Shown: positions 29,401 through 44,727 of the stretch, in pieces | How positions within the stretch are numbered: position 1 is the first letter of the stretch | Layout: each line of letters starts with the position of its first letter | DNA from: Octopus vulgaris | Taxonomy: Eukaryota | NCBI GenBank assembly: GCA_951406725.2 | Contig: OX597825.1 | Coordinates: 28,954,001 to 29,018,000, forward strand | Length of the DNA: 64,000 nucleotides | Reading direction: 5' to 3' | Notes under the pieces: generated by a model | Database searches by the model: none | Told to the model about the DNA's origin: nothing | What the model saw: the letters and a program-made list of their open reading frames with translations, nothing else | Translations under genes and position numbers: made by a program

Positions 29401-29540
29401 AAGGCGGCGAGCTGGCAGAAACGTTAGCACGCCGGGTGAAATGCGTAGCCGTATTGGGTCGATGTAATCGACTAAATCCCTTTGTCTGTCCTTGTTTGTC
29501 CCCTCTGTGTTTAGCCCCTTGTGGGTAGTAAAGAAATATA
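29401..29540 (+). mobile_element. SINE family C variant with an alternative, Tx1-like 3' tail
   Basis: C-type head GGCGGCGAGCTGGCAGAAACG, internal deletion, GGGTCGATGTAATCGACT, then a tail similar to 10845-10898. Confidence 0.85.
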
Positions 29541-29674
29541 TATATGTATTTATATATATATACATAAATACATAATATGTATTTATATATATAAACATAA
29601 ATACATAATAGATATATATGTGTGTATGTATGTATGCATATATATATATATATATATATATACATACATTCATA

Positions 29675-30287
29675 TATTCTTTTACTTGTTTCAGACATTT
29701 GACTGCGGTCATACTGGAGCAACGCGTTTAGTCGAATAAATCCACCCCAAGACTCTTTTGCCGAACAGCTTATTACAGGGATGTAAACACACCAACATTG
29801 GTGGACAAGCGATGGAGGGAGACAAAAAGACACACATTCAAATATATATACATATACATGTATGTATATACTAGCACTATGACCCGGCAATGCCGGGTCA
29901 TAGTGCTAGTGCATGCATATACAGCTGCGTGCGTGCGCACATACACGCGAGTACTGTCCAAATCTCCGACCAATCACATACAACTAGCTGGCATTCAATT
30001 GCCGTATCAAGTTTCGGGCATTTTCATTGGGTTTTGGATAGAAAATTCACAAAAAAATCACTTCTATTGATTTTTTAAATGGCTTTGCGGGTGACTGGGG
30101 AAATGTAAAGATGTGCGCGACCACCCTTGGACGGTTTTAAATGACCATAGAAAGTGCGAGCCCTCTAAACGAAAAATTGTGGATTTGTATAAAGGACACA
30201 CACGTAGAGATTTTGCCATTTACATATATATATATATATGATGGTCTTCTTTCAGCTTCCGTCTACCAGACTCACTCACAAGGCTTT
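29675..30287 (-). mobile_element. SINE family A split by a Helitron-like insertion
   Basis: 3' part at 29675-29845 and 5' part at 30238-30287, both on the minus strand. Confidence 0.75.
29871..30237 (-). mobile_element. Non-autonomous Helitron-like element
   Basis: Minus-strand 3' end has a GC hairpin CCCGGC-att-GCCGGG followed by CTAG then T. No TSD; the 5' end merges into (TA)n. Confidence 0.7.
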
Positions 30288-30323
30288 ATAAAAATAGTGA
30301 AACAAGATGAAATATATACAGTA

Positions 30324-30405
30324 CAGTACTCTTTCTACTTCGAAGATTTTCACCTAACGCAGCGGATTTTGGAACGTTACACCCGCTATAGTCGAGGAAT
30401 TACTG
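30324..30405. mobile_element. Tiny pogo/Tigger-like MITE
   Basis: TA-CAGTACTCT... and ...GTCGAGGAATTACTG-TA degenerate TIRs. Confidence 0.5.
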
Positions 30406-30793
30406 TATATTCGGATTAAAATATCACGAAATATTCATACCTAATTGAGTTATCTTCTCTAATAGCTGTACCTAATTTGTATTTTGCATCTCGTCCGAAA
30501 ATTCAAACACTTACATAAATACTCCTCAAAAGCATGAAAGTTGAATTAATGCAGGAAATTCCCCGAGCACGGTAATTCAATATGGCTGCCTAGTATACTC
30601 TGCGTAAACGATAGACCTCAGGAAACAAGGAAACAAAAATAATCGGTACAGTTCGGAGACTGAAAATATTGCTTTGTGAAATTAGAAAAAAATGTGATCA
30701 ATAGTTATGGACATTATCATACGCGTCATGTTTCATATTTCTTAAGAAAAAAAGAATTCGAACATACATACATATATACATACATACATATAT

Positions 30794-30857
<64 letters not shown>

Positions 30858-31118
30858 CATACACACACACACATATATATATACATATATATATATGTAT
30901 GTATATATACGTACATATATATATACATACTCTTAAAACACAAATAAACATATATATAAATAAACTCTTTCTTGTCTGTGTGTATCTAGGACTTCAGATA
31001 AGGTTCTTTACGCATGTACGCGTGTATGTAGAACAGTGTGTGAGCGTGAAAAAGTACATGCGTAGTTGTGAAATGTGTCTATGTCACTCTCTCCCCCTCT
31101 CTCTCTCTTTGTATATGT

Positions 31119-31234
<116 letters not shown>

Positions 31235-31932
31235 TTGCGTGTGACTGTGTGGGTGTATGTGAGTGTGTGTATGTGTGTTTGAAAAAAAAGTGTAAATATG
31301 TATCTACTTTTGAAAACTCGATTGAAGCGTATTTATAATGGATTCCAACGAAGTTTTATTTTCCCACAAATTTTGTTTTCTTGCTCATACAAATTTCACA
31401 ACCGATTCTTTAACTATCATGAATATTTCCAATCATGCATGACTCAAAGCAGAGTTGCTTCCTTTAAAACCTTAATATTCAATAGGTGTGTGTATATGTC
31501 AGTGTACACATAAAAAACATACAAATCTGAGTATGTGTGTGTGTGTGTGTGTGTATGTGTGTGCAAATATTTATATATGTGCATTTATGTGTATATACAT
31601 ATGTACGTACACACATATTATATTATACACACACATTCACATATACATATATATATGTACATTCACGCACACATCACATATATATACACACAGAGGTATA
31701 CAGATTTGTATACACATATTGAGTATTAAGATCCTATGTGAAGTAACTGCTTTAAGGTGATGCATGACTGAAGATATTTCTAATAGTTAAGAAATCGTTT
31801 GTAAAATTCGTATGATAAGAGAAGAAAATTTATTGAAAAACTTCCTAGAAACTATACATAAACATTATATAAATATAAATATACTTAAAAACGTGTATAC
31901 CTAGCGTTATTTGTTTAAATGTGTATACAAGC

Positions 31933-32005
<73 letters not shown>

Positions 32006-32175
32006 GTATATATATGTGTGTGTATGTATATATATATGTATATATATACATAAGCATGTGTGTGTATTTAAAAACTTGTGTACTTTGCGTTGTATATTTG
32101 CGTGTATATGTATATGTGTGTGTGTGTATACATACATACATATAATATTATATATATGCATCTACATAGCTATAG

Positions 32176-32227
<52 letters not shown>

Positions 32228-33057
32228 ATATATGCACGCACACGCACACACACACATGTATGTATTTGCATTATATTACATTGTATTGATATTACTATTA
32301 TTTCCCTCTTTATCAGATAAGGTCGTCAGATTGATTATTCTGTCTTCGCTTCGCAGCAACATATTTTTAGTTATATTTATATTTTCCTCTGAGAATACTG
32401 CCCTAATTCAACGGCAGGTTAGAAGAATCAAGAAGATTATATGTTCCGATCCAAACGATATTATGTACCTTAAAATAAATACAGCCAAGAATTTTATGTC
32501 TCGTAAGGCACCCCGCTCCCTCAATGTGCATACAATAAGTTTTCAATGCACTCCACTATTAGGTCAGTTATTTTTGTCTACACAGCAACGATTCCCAGAT
32601 CATCCTGCTACAATCAAGAATCATGTACCCACAATGCTTGCTCGCTAAACAGCTAATTTTCAAATGTTAGAACTTCTCATTTTGCCCTCTAAAGGAATTG
32701 TGTATTTCCGAATGAGTTGGACGTCGTCGAAAGAAATCATAGGGGGCTTACCGTAAATACTTTGAAGGACGGTTACTATCAATACTTTTACTCATTTAGT
32801 TTAGGATACATGAAAAGTTTCCCTCCCAACTTCGAAATTATATAGAAAGACAGATACCTGTGCAGTTACAAGTAGCCTTATCGTTAAAACTACCACATAT
32901 TTCAAAGTATACTGATATTCCAGGTATTGCCTGATGCTAAAGATTACTCCATGTCTTTATACAAGAGTCGAGGTATTGTCTTGCTTTAAACAAGGGGTGT
33001 TATTTTTCCAAGAAAATTTCTAAACACTTGCACATGACAAGCAAATAGTAAAATAAC

Positions 33058-33076
33058 AATAATAATAATAATAAGT

Positions 33077-33137
<61 letters not shown>

Positions 33138-33155
33138 GTAATAATAATAATGATA
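33058..33155. repeat. (AAT)n microsatellite
   Basis: Direct read. Confidence 0.95.
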
Positions 33156-33477
33156 AAGAATCATATGTTATAGAACATGTAGGTTAGCTTTGTGGATTAC
33201 TGAAGGCTCTGACAAGATAAATTCATTTCTATAAGAGTATTCCTAATATTCTCTCCTGGTCTGCAGATGTTTCTACCAAGTTAATGAATAAAAATAAAAA
33301 GGAAAGGAAAATGAAAACTGGTTAAAGATGAGTTTTGTGGGTATAACACCTCGACTTTCAGATTGACTTATTAATCTTACAATAGTTCGACATAAGAAAC
33401 TCTGAGTACCAATTGAATGAAGCACCAAATATTAAATTATATATATATATATTGTAAGTAAATATGTATATATTTGA

Positions 33478-33610
33478 GTGTGTGTCATTTTGTCTATCTT
33501 TATCTACCCCGCCCCCATCACCGCTTGAAAACTGGTGTTGGTGAGTTTCCGTACACGTAACGTAGCGGTTTGGCCAAACAACCCGATAGAATGAGTACCA
33601 CACTTAAAAA
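33478..33610 (+). mobile_element. SINE family A, 3'-body fragment
   Basis: CATCACCGCTTGA...TAGCGGTT...CCGATAGAATGAGTAC. Confidence 0.7.
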
Positions 33611-33791
33611 AATAAATACAATCAACGGTCGTCGATGAAGGGAAAATATTGCCAACGAGCTATTTTATCCAAGATAGACACTGACTACCTTGCCTACCTA
33701 CATGGTTCTTCCTTGATATATATATATATATATAGTTATACATATATATGTGTGCATGTATATATGTATATGCATGTATATATATTTATAC

Positions 33792-33839
<48 letters not shown>

Positions 33840-34180
33840 TTATATATTTATATACATAACTATATATGCTTATATTTATAGATATATATGTATATGCATA
33901 TATAGGTACTTAGCTATGTATGCATATATATATCGGTGTGTTTTTATATATGTATGCGTGTTTGTGCGTATGTGGGAGGTTATGTGCATGTAGATAGATA
34001 AAACCCAGCTGTATTGGTTTAAACTCAAACTTCTTTCATTTGCGTGAAGGCATTATTATTTAAATTATTATCTAAAATATTTACGTTGCTTTAAAAATTT
34101 ATTCCACCAATGTTTTTAACGATATTCCTTATTTATTCCTTTTCGGTGTTCTTTTATGTGGTTATCTCTTCACACTTCTT

Positions 34181-34280
<100 letters not shown>

Positions 34281-34625
34281 ATCTCTCTTTCTCTCTATCT
34301 CCGCCCGCACCCGTTCCACTTTCTCTACATTTTCATGAGTACTGTTCATCTAATTCGATATCAATCAGCCAAGATATTAATACACATGTACAATCTACGT
34401 GTGTGTGCTAGGTATGACGTAGTCATGGAACTAACACGTGCACCAAGGAAACGTGTGACGCAAGTGTATCTGTCTGTACGTGCGCGCGTGTGTGTGTATT
34501 GCTATGTTCACATTTGTGGTCGTGTTTAAATGTGAGGTGTATATGTTTCCGTATAAGTTCACCAGTGTGTTTACGCTCATATGTATAAGTATACACACAT
34601 GTATGCCTATATATATATATATATA

Positions 34626-34686
<61 letters not shown>

Positions 34687-34844
34687 ATGTATATATGTGT
34701 GTATGTATATATGTGTGTATACATTGGCATGTATATGTATATCTACACAAATGTAGTGTTGTCACCAAAGGGTTAAATTGTTTTTATTTTCCGTCTAAGA
34801 AACCTGAAATTTTAATAAATTTTAGTATATATGCTTATGTGTGC

Positions 34845-34951
<107 letters not shown>

Positions 34952-35423
34952 CACATACATATATCATACATATACACACACTCACACACACCAACACACT
35001 CACACACACATATGTATGCATGCATGTATGTATATATGTGTATCCATGTGTATATATGTATGCATGCATGTGTGTACGTATGTATGCATGTATGCATGCA
35101 TGCATGTGTTTATGTATCTATGCACGTATGTATATGTGTGTCTGTATGTTTTCGAATTTTAATGACGTGAATACCACAAACGACAACTTGAAAGTGAAAT
35201 GAAATTATTAGTTTAAGGCCCAAGAGACATTGAAATAAAGGAAGAATTTCTGCATGAATTTAGTTCTAAAGAAAGAAAACGGCAGGATATATGTATGTGC
35301 ATATATACATGCAAATATCTATCTAGAATATATATATATATATATGTGTGTGTGTATATATGCATGTATATGTATGCCTATATATATGTATATATGTGCA
35401 TACTCACATCTCTATCTATTTAC

Positions 35424-35498
<75 letters not shown>

Positions 35499-35666
35499 TA
35501 TATATATATATACATACACACATACATACGCACGCACACACACACTCATACACATACACGCACATACACGCACACATACATACCACTGGTAGTGCCCCGG
35601 TATGGCCACAGCCTCAAGGCTAAAACAAATAAAACAGTATATACATATGTGTGTGTATATTTATAA

Positions 35667-35799
<133 letters not shown>

Positions 35800-36614
35800 C
35801 ACACACACATATATATTTACATGTATTATGAAACACACTCGCGCAGGCGCATAGATGTGAAACACGAAAAAGCAACATCAACAAAATCATAAAGTTGAAC
35901 AAAAATATAAATAATTGAAAAAAAAAGATTACAGAAAAAAAAACATATTACACACCTATGCAATGTTACACCCACGCAAGTATGCAAAATCATGTGTATA
36001 TATAAATATACACACGCATATTCTAATTGATTATATTTCCATCCTAAAGATACAATTGCAATCACACATACAAAAACAAGCACTCCCCAACAACAAAAAT
36101 ATAAAGTAGATTATTGAAATATAGTAATAAAAATTCACACGAAATTTGACAAATCCATATTGCAGGTGCCTCATACTACTATGTGAAAATCAGCTTTTAA
36201 TGTTCTATATCTACTCTTTCCACCACCATCACTGCTTGCCGGAAGTGCGAGTACTACGTTATGTAGCAGGAAGTCTTAAAAATTATTACCTTCTACGTAG
36301 CATTTTAAATAGGGATTCTGATGGAATCTACAAATCGCTGGTGACGTACATACGTGCGTATATACGCACATAGACATAACACCTACCCTCACCCAAAATA
36401 TATATATATATGTGTGTGCGTTTGTGTGTGTGTATGTGTGTGTGTATGTGTGTGTGTGTATGTGTGTGTGTGTATGTGTGCGTGTGCATGTATATATGTA
36501 TACATGCAGCATACATATATATACATATATATGAACGAACAAATATCTTTTTTGAAATTGTATTTCTCTGCGAATATATGCACACACACACACATGCATA
36601 TGGGTGTGTATGTA

Positions 36615-36656
<42 letters not shown>

Positions 36657-36657
36657 C

Positions 36658-36693
<36 letters not shown>

Positions 36694-36837
36694 TACACAT
36701 AACTAAAATAATGTTCATACACATACACCTCGTACACAAACACACACACATATATGTATATATATCCAAACATATATATATATATATATACGTACATACA
36801 CACATACATATATACATATATGTGTGTATGTTTGCGC

Positions 36838-36876
<39 letters not shown>

Positions 36877-37448
36877 TACGCTTTTATGTATATATATATA
36901 CATACATACATACATACATAAATGCGTAGATGTACAGTGTACGTATATACAAAAATGCATGCATACATTTATATGAAGATATATGTATGCATATATATTT
37001 CTACGTACATACCAATAAAGAGAAATAGGTAAAAAAAAAGATTTAAACATATAGATAACTAAATGGATACATAAAGCAAATGTCTTATGTTATGTCTACG
37101 TGGGTATATACTGATTGTGTGCCTACTAAAAACATGTGCGTTCTTCTATCGATTTATACATAATGTGTTTATATTTTATGTATAAAAACGTAAATAAGCG
37201 ATTTTTAGTACTCATCAGTTTTATTGACTGTGTCTATGAATTCTTTATAGAGACTTACATATATATTCACATATGTTTATTTATTGTTAGATAGATAAAT
37301 TGATAACAATAGTTCGATACATAACTACAATACTTAATCTTTTATCGAACTCCATAATCATAAACTCAAAAAACACTCTCGCACATACAATCATACACTC
37401 ATACATGTATACATAGACGAATAAACACACAGAGGGACAAACACATTA

Positions 37449-37500
<52 letters not shown>

Positions 37501-37502
<2 letters not shown>

Positions 37503-37832
37503 CAAGCATACCTCAACTTACGTCAGTACTTGGTTCCAAGGAAACCATGTTCACTCGGCAAACGACGTAAAACGAAAGTACATTCTGAAATCTTGATCAA
37601 GTTATATTTGTTTTAATAAATGGTTTGTACATATTTTCACATGTATTTTATTTGATTTCTCACTTCAATATTGGTTTTTAGACGTTTTTTTTGAAGATTT
37701 TTATTCTTTTAAATACATTGCCAAGACCGACGTAAATTCGTATAAATCGAATGAAGTTATGGTTTTTTTTTCCTCCATTAACATTTAAAAAGAAAAAAAA
37801 CAAAAAAGAACGCCAAGTCGAAAAAGACGTAA
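37501..37832. mobile_element. pogo/Tigger-like DNA transposon fragment (one end)
   Basis: TA-CAAGCATACCTCAACTTACG end and repeated GACGTAA subterminal motifs (37564, 37729, 37826); second TIR not seen. Confidence 0.5.
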
Positions 37833-37858
37833 CACAACACACACACATACATTTATAT

Positions 37859-37915
<57 letters not shown>

Positions 37916-37942
37916 CATATATATATATATATACATACATAC

Positions 37943-38023
<81 letters not shown>

Positions 38024-38811
38024 TAGGTATTTAGAATTCTCTGGAACTCTGTCTTTACTCACAGTTTGGTTTGTTTATTCATTTTGTTTTGTTTGTTTTT
38101 TTTGGTGATCGGTGTGAATTCTTCGAGAAATAGCTGACATAAATCTCAGGAAAATGTCTATAGACATCTGCACCTAGATACATATATACCAATACACAGA
38201 GACATACATGCTTATATATTGAATACTGTGTGTGTGTGTATCAGTATCTTAGCGCAAGTAATATTGGTAGAACATTCCTATCAAAATTTCCGCCATTTCC
38301 CAACATAACAGGTCTGATATGGCTGTTTACGACAGAAAAGGAAATGATGTACAGTCAAAGAGGTCAGCTGCCCTGCAGTTGAGAACATTTCTTCTATAAT
38401 CAGCAAAGGAAAATAATATTTATGAAGAACTGCTTCGAAGTCTATTGCTTTTCTCTATCCAAATTGTAAATTCACATTTTACCGATAATCATTCTTGTAC
38501 TCGGCTACGTTAGTAAATATTTAAATGACAATCTGGAGAAGCCGGGATTTTCAGGAGAAAATAGTGGTCCTCTGACATGCAACATGCGGCAAAGTAAAAT
38601 TATGCAACAATTTTCTATATTACAACAGGCTACAATTTCCGCTTTCTCACGGTTTCATCACGTCTTCACCTTTATATGCGATTACCATAAAAATTTAACA
38701 TGGCTTCTATAAAGCCCGAACTTATCATAGGGTAAGCAGGCTTCATGGGATACTAAACCATTGTGCATTCAAAGCTTCTATTTCGTTAAAATATTCTGCA
38801 GTTATTTCTCT

Positions 38812-38970
<159 letters not shown>

Positions 38971-39144
38971 GACTAAGAAGGAGTACATTCACAGACACGA
39001 CAGAGTTGGGACCTACATACACTGGAAGCTATGCCAACATTATGGAATAACAACAGAAAAAAGGTGGTAGAGGCACACACCAGAAAATAAATAACTTCCC
39101 GAAAGACCTTTGTCTGTTTCTACCCTGTTTTATTCAAGTATCGA

Positions 39145-39473
39145 GAAGGCGCGTGGCTTAGTAGCTAGGGTATTCAATTCACGATTGTAAGGTCGCATGT
39201 TCAATTCTCGGCGACGCGTTGGGTCCTTGAGCAAGACACTTTATTTTCAAACTGCTTCAGGTCACTCAGCTGGCAAAAATGAGTACTACCTGTATTTCTA
39301 TGGCCCAGCCTCGTCACAACTTGTGTCACGCTGAATCTCACTGAGAACTACATTATGGGTACACATGTCTGCTGTGGAGTACTCAGCCACATGCATGTTA
39401 TTTTCATAAGCAGGCTGTTCCGTTGATCGGATCAAACTTGAACCCGCGTCGACGTAACCGACGGAATGCCAGT
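39145..39473 (+). mobile_element. SINE family B with alternative 3' half
   Basis: tRNA head plus CCTTGAGCAAGACACTT...CACTCAGCTG core as in 58078(-); the sequence after the core differs. Confidence 0.85.
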
Positions 39474-40060
39474 TGTTTAAGTAGGAAAGTTCTATGACTT
39501 TCTTTTGATTTCTTTTCTTTTTTCTTTATCTAAATTATATGCAAATCCAGGTGGATTACGACTGTGTTTTCAGCTGCTGGACGTGATCCAGTAATTTGAG
39601 GTATACGTTTAAAAACAAGAACATCTTAAAAAACAGAAAATTTGAAAATCACGTCCAATAATTCTGTCACAAATCAGCAATCTCAAAGAAGTACTTGGTT
39701 TATTGGGAATTACATCAAACAGGAAGAAAAGCAAAGTTAACGAGAAACTACTCTAAAACCTATTTAACTATCAACACAAGATTTAAAAGAATTAAGATTA
39801 TATCTCTCAGACAAACAAGAAAACAGAAGAGAATTCCGTAAGTCAAAAGTTCAAAGAAGGAAGAAACTACTCGAATACGATCTCATCGTACACGAGGAGA
39901 GACAACAACAGTGAAATGACAAGAATTAAAAGAAAGATGAGACACGATTAGTACTCTTAAGTTGGAGATCGAGAGAAAAAATTTCGACGACACAGCAAGG
40001 ATTAGAGAAGTGTTTATAGGATATAAAATATTCAGTGGCATTTACATATATATATAAATA

Positions 40061-40102
<42 letters not shown>

Positions 40103-40338
40103 TATATAACAAGTAAATATACTCAATACATATATATATATATATATACATAATATTCACATACTCTGATATATATATACATATATATATATATACATAT
40201 ATATATACATATATATATATGTATATACATATATATACATACATATATATATATATATCTATATATATATATATGTATATACATATATACATATATGTAT
40301 ATATATACATACACATATATATATATAGATATACATAC

Positions 40339-40389
<51 letters not shown>

Positions 40390-40656
40390 TACATATATAC
40401 ATATATATACATATATATATATTCGATTTCAGTTACGACAAGTTGAGAATCATAGTGTTTGTAATCTTTGATATATCTATACGATTGGGTACATTTATCT
40501 TTCTTCTTATCTTTTATCTTTTATTTGTTTCAAGCATTAGATTGCCACCATGCTGGGACGCCACCTGTAGTTGAATGTGTGTTTTTGTGCTTCGTGTGTA
40601 TGCGTGTGCGGCTATGCATATATTTTACCATTGTTCATGGTTATCTGTCTGTCTGT

Positions 40657-40744
<88 letters not shown>

Positions 40745-40761
40745 GTATCTATGTATCTATG

Positions 40762-40808
<47 letters not shown>

Positions 40809-40934
40809 TTATCCATCTATCTATCTATCTATCTATCGATATATATATATATATAATTATACACACACACACACACACACACACATATTTATATATATAT
40901 AATAGTGTACGTTTTCATACACAAAAGAGGTGAC

Positions 40935-41847
40935 CTTAACAGGACACCTTGCATGCTGGAAAGGGCAGTTAAAGCCCAAACCACGAATAAGAGAAAATTC
41001 AAACGGAGAGAAAAATAGAAATATTTCAATAGTTACCCTTATACTCGAGTTTCAACATAAATATGCAAATAACATAATTTGCCATCTATGCATCATCAGT
41101 AAGGGCACTAAAATTAATGTATATTTATGCAACACTGAAGACACACGTGTTCCGTCCGCATACATTATAATTTTTCAAATCCACCGTTTAAGTGCAGCTA
41201 CAATCGGCAGCAAATAATAATGTGAATTGAAACTGCGTACCAAAGTTTTTCAAGATTATGAAAATATTACTATGGAAATGATAAGGGTAGCAAATTTAGG
41301 GAAATATTCTCGAAACATACTCTAAATGTTCTACCCTTATTATTTCATAGTTATATATATATTTATTTATTTATATATGCACACACATATTTATATATCT
41401 GTGTCTTCGTGAAGCACATCTGCATCTGCGTGTTCACACTAAATAATGTGTGCATATAAGCATTTAAAATTTCTATTGAATTCTGTTTGCAGAGAAAAGT
41501 ATATATAAAAACAGAAGACTAAAAAGTTTGGTTATATCTTTAATTCCGTTTTACTCATGTTTCATTACAGGATAGGTGTTAGAGTGGTATACATGTTTTT
41601 CTACATGTGTACCTTTGTAACGCCTATCCTTTAATGAAACACATATAAGAAATAAAAATTTTCAGTCTTCTATTTACACACACACACATGCACACACAAG
41701 CGTGTGTCTATATATGAGAAAATACAGACACACACTGAGGCAAGCACACATGAGTTTCAACTTAACAGGACACCTTACATGCTGGAAAGGGCAGTTGAAG
41801 CCCAAAACACGAATAAGAGAAATTTCAAAGGGACTGAAAAATAAAAA
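40935..41847. repeat. Two direct copies of an ~87-bp unit (40935-41021 and 41761-41847)
   Basis: CTTAACAGGACACCTT(G/A)CATGCTGGAAAGGGCAGTT... read at both positions. Confidence 0.9.
41511..41674. repeat. Imperfect inverted repeat (foldback)
   Basis: TGTTTCATTACAGGATAGGTGTTA...ACATGT is mirrored by ACATGT...TAACGCCTATCCTTTAATGAAACA; outer AGAAGACT/AGTCTTCT. Confidence 0.85.
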
Positions 41848-41861
41848 CAGACTAGCAATCC

Positions 41862-42023
41862 CGAGGTAGGAAGTAAGTCGATTACATCGACCCCAGTGCT
41901 CTACTGATACTTATCTTATCGACCCCGAAAGGATGAAAGGTAAATTCGGCATTTGACTCAGTACGTAAATTCCTAAGAAATATTCCTAAGCATTTTGCCC
42001 GACGTACTATCTATTCTGCCAGT
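41862..42023 (-). mobile_element. SINE family C
   Basis: AGTCGATTACATCGACCCCAGTG...TATCGACCCCGAAAGGATGAAAGG...CTGCCAG. Confidence 0.85.
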
Positions 42024-42168
42024 CTTCACAAGCACACGCTTATTAAAAGCTAGCAATACATAAGACCTGAATAACGAGAAAATAGTAAAGATGGCTGAAC
42101 ATGTGTTTAAAAAATGACAAAATACCCTTTCATATTGTCATTTGTAAAAGATGTTTGGTCTCAGCATC

Positions 42169-42239
42169 TATTTTGTATAAAGCCATATTTTGTATCATCT
42201 AAAGCTTAATTTTGTATCATCTAAAGCCCAATTTTGTAT
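42169..42239. repeat. ~22-bp minisatellite (ATTTTGTATCATCTAAAGC), about 3 copies
   Basis: Direct read. Confidence 0.8.
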
Positions 42240-42745
42240 TCACTGTCTGGGTCATATTTTCTTTATTTTTCGGAGTAGTGTTAAGTCTTATGTTTCTAGA
42301 ACATCGTGTTACATTTTGTTTCTTTCATGTTTTAAATTCTGTATTTATAGCGTGTACCATTGTGAATAATTGAGTACGTCATATTATATTATACCACATA
42401 ATATCATTCATGAGAAGATGGGTTCCTTTCTGAAATAAACAACTGACAATTCTTCCATGGAGTTATAACCTATTTATAATTATTAACAAGGTAACATGTT
42501 CTGGAGAAGTATGATCGGTGTGAATACCGAGAAGCCATTTGGTGCACACGGCTTCGTAGGCGATGATAGTACATGTAGTTGTTATATAGTACGATATTAT
42601 TTATATTAAATTATAAAGTAATTCTCTATTATGACATATAATATTCTATGTTGTACTGAAATATATTAAATAAATATACACACATATAAATTATTAAATA
42701 CTACTGAAGCTGATTAATAATTGCATCGGAGTGTGTATGATATCT

Positions 42746-42846
<101 letters not shown>

Positions 42847-43391
42847 TATATAGATATATATATATACAAATATATATGCATATGTATCTAGTGATGTAAA
42901 GTAGAATGCGGCTATAGCTTCATGTACAGACAAACATGTAGACGCATGCACATATGCACATATGCACACAATGTCACGAAAGCATAGTACGTACATTTAC
43001 ACACACACACACAGACATATATATTTATATATATATATGCACCTAAGAACACATAGATGCTGGCACACCCACACTTACACGAATTCACTATTAGTATATG
43101 TATATATACAATAAATGTCTAATTTACTCAGCAAATGATACCGTTTGATAGACAGGTGTATATAAATGAAAATAAAACCTGTGAGATATAAATATACTTA
43201 CACATTCATAATATTAATACATTTATAAATATATATACATGTATATATATATGTATATATATATGTGTGTGTGTATCTATGTATATGTATATATGTGTGT
43301 GCATGCGTGTTTACTATATCAAATATACGTGCATTCTCTCTTTCTCTTTATGTACACAAACACACACATTCACACATATACACGCATAAAT

Positions 43392-43439
<48 letters not shown>

Positions 43440-43479
43440 ATATATGTATATACATATATATACGTACATATATATACAT

Positions 43480-43565
<86 letters not shown>

Positions 43566-44555
43566 GCGTGCATGTATGTTTGTGTATAAGTATGTGCGGG
43601 AACACCATATATTATAAAATCATACATAGAAAAATGTACGAGAATGTCTGTATGTGTGTTTGTACGTCTGTGTGTTTGTGTGTGTGCGCGCGCGTGGCTA
43701 GAAGCTGAATGGAAATACACACGAAAATTCAAAAGAAACGTTTGTAGAGGCAAATAAAGAAAACGTAAATCTCTTGGTAAAAGCGCCATTTTGTGCGAAA
43801 ACAAACGACAAACAGAAGACGGAGAAATATGTGTGAATCGTTGTTAGAAGTAGACACACTTGGGAAAAGTCATTTTGAGTTCATTCAGGGTCAAATTTCG
43901 TGGAAACGGCAACGAATCTAATTCTTGTAGTTGAATCTTAGGTAATTTTTATCCAGTGATTTACGCTGAAAACACAAATATGAACTTGAAGCTATGTCGA
44001 AATCTTAATGTAATTTTTTTTCATTTTGCGTTCTTTTATTAGATTTTATTTTATTTTATATTATTTACGTTCAACATTTTTTAACATATGTGATACGTAT
44101 ACGTTCACACGTATAGCAATCGTATGAGACTATGTATATAGATACAAATGTGTGTACATTCTTTATAAGCACACACAGACGAGCACATACATGCATACAT
44201 ACATCTATATATGTATATATACACACATACACACATACGCATAGACACACACACACTCAAACATCTGTATGCAACGAGAGTAGGAAAAAGAGAAAATGTA
44301 CAATTGTATAGAAATTCTTGTATGCAATACACACATTAACACATGCATAAATGTATACATATATTCAGAGAGAGAGAGAGGGATAGTGAGAGAGAAAGAG
44401 AGAGAGAGAGAGAGCGAAAGAGATATATTACACACATATGCAGAAATGTGCATGTATATGAGTGTGTGTGCACGCGCGTGTGTATGCCTATATGTATATA
44501 AATGCACATATTGTAACATGCGTCCGAGTCTATTTATATAAATACATATATTTCA

Positions 44556-44691
<136 letters not shown>

Positions 44692-44692
44692 T

Positions 44693-44727
<35 letters not shown>

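Noticed and set aside
37182-37224. Minus-strand AUAAAA-CUGAUGA-GUA...UAC-G...UUUUAU hammerhead candidate
   Set aside because: No GAAA core, and the stems are low-complexity AT.
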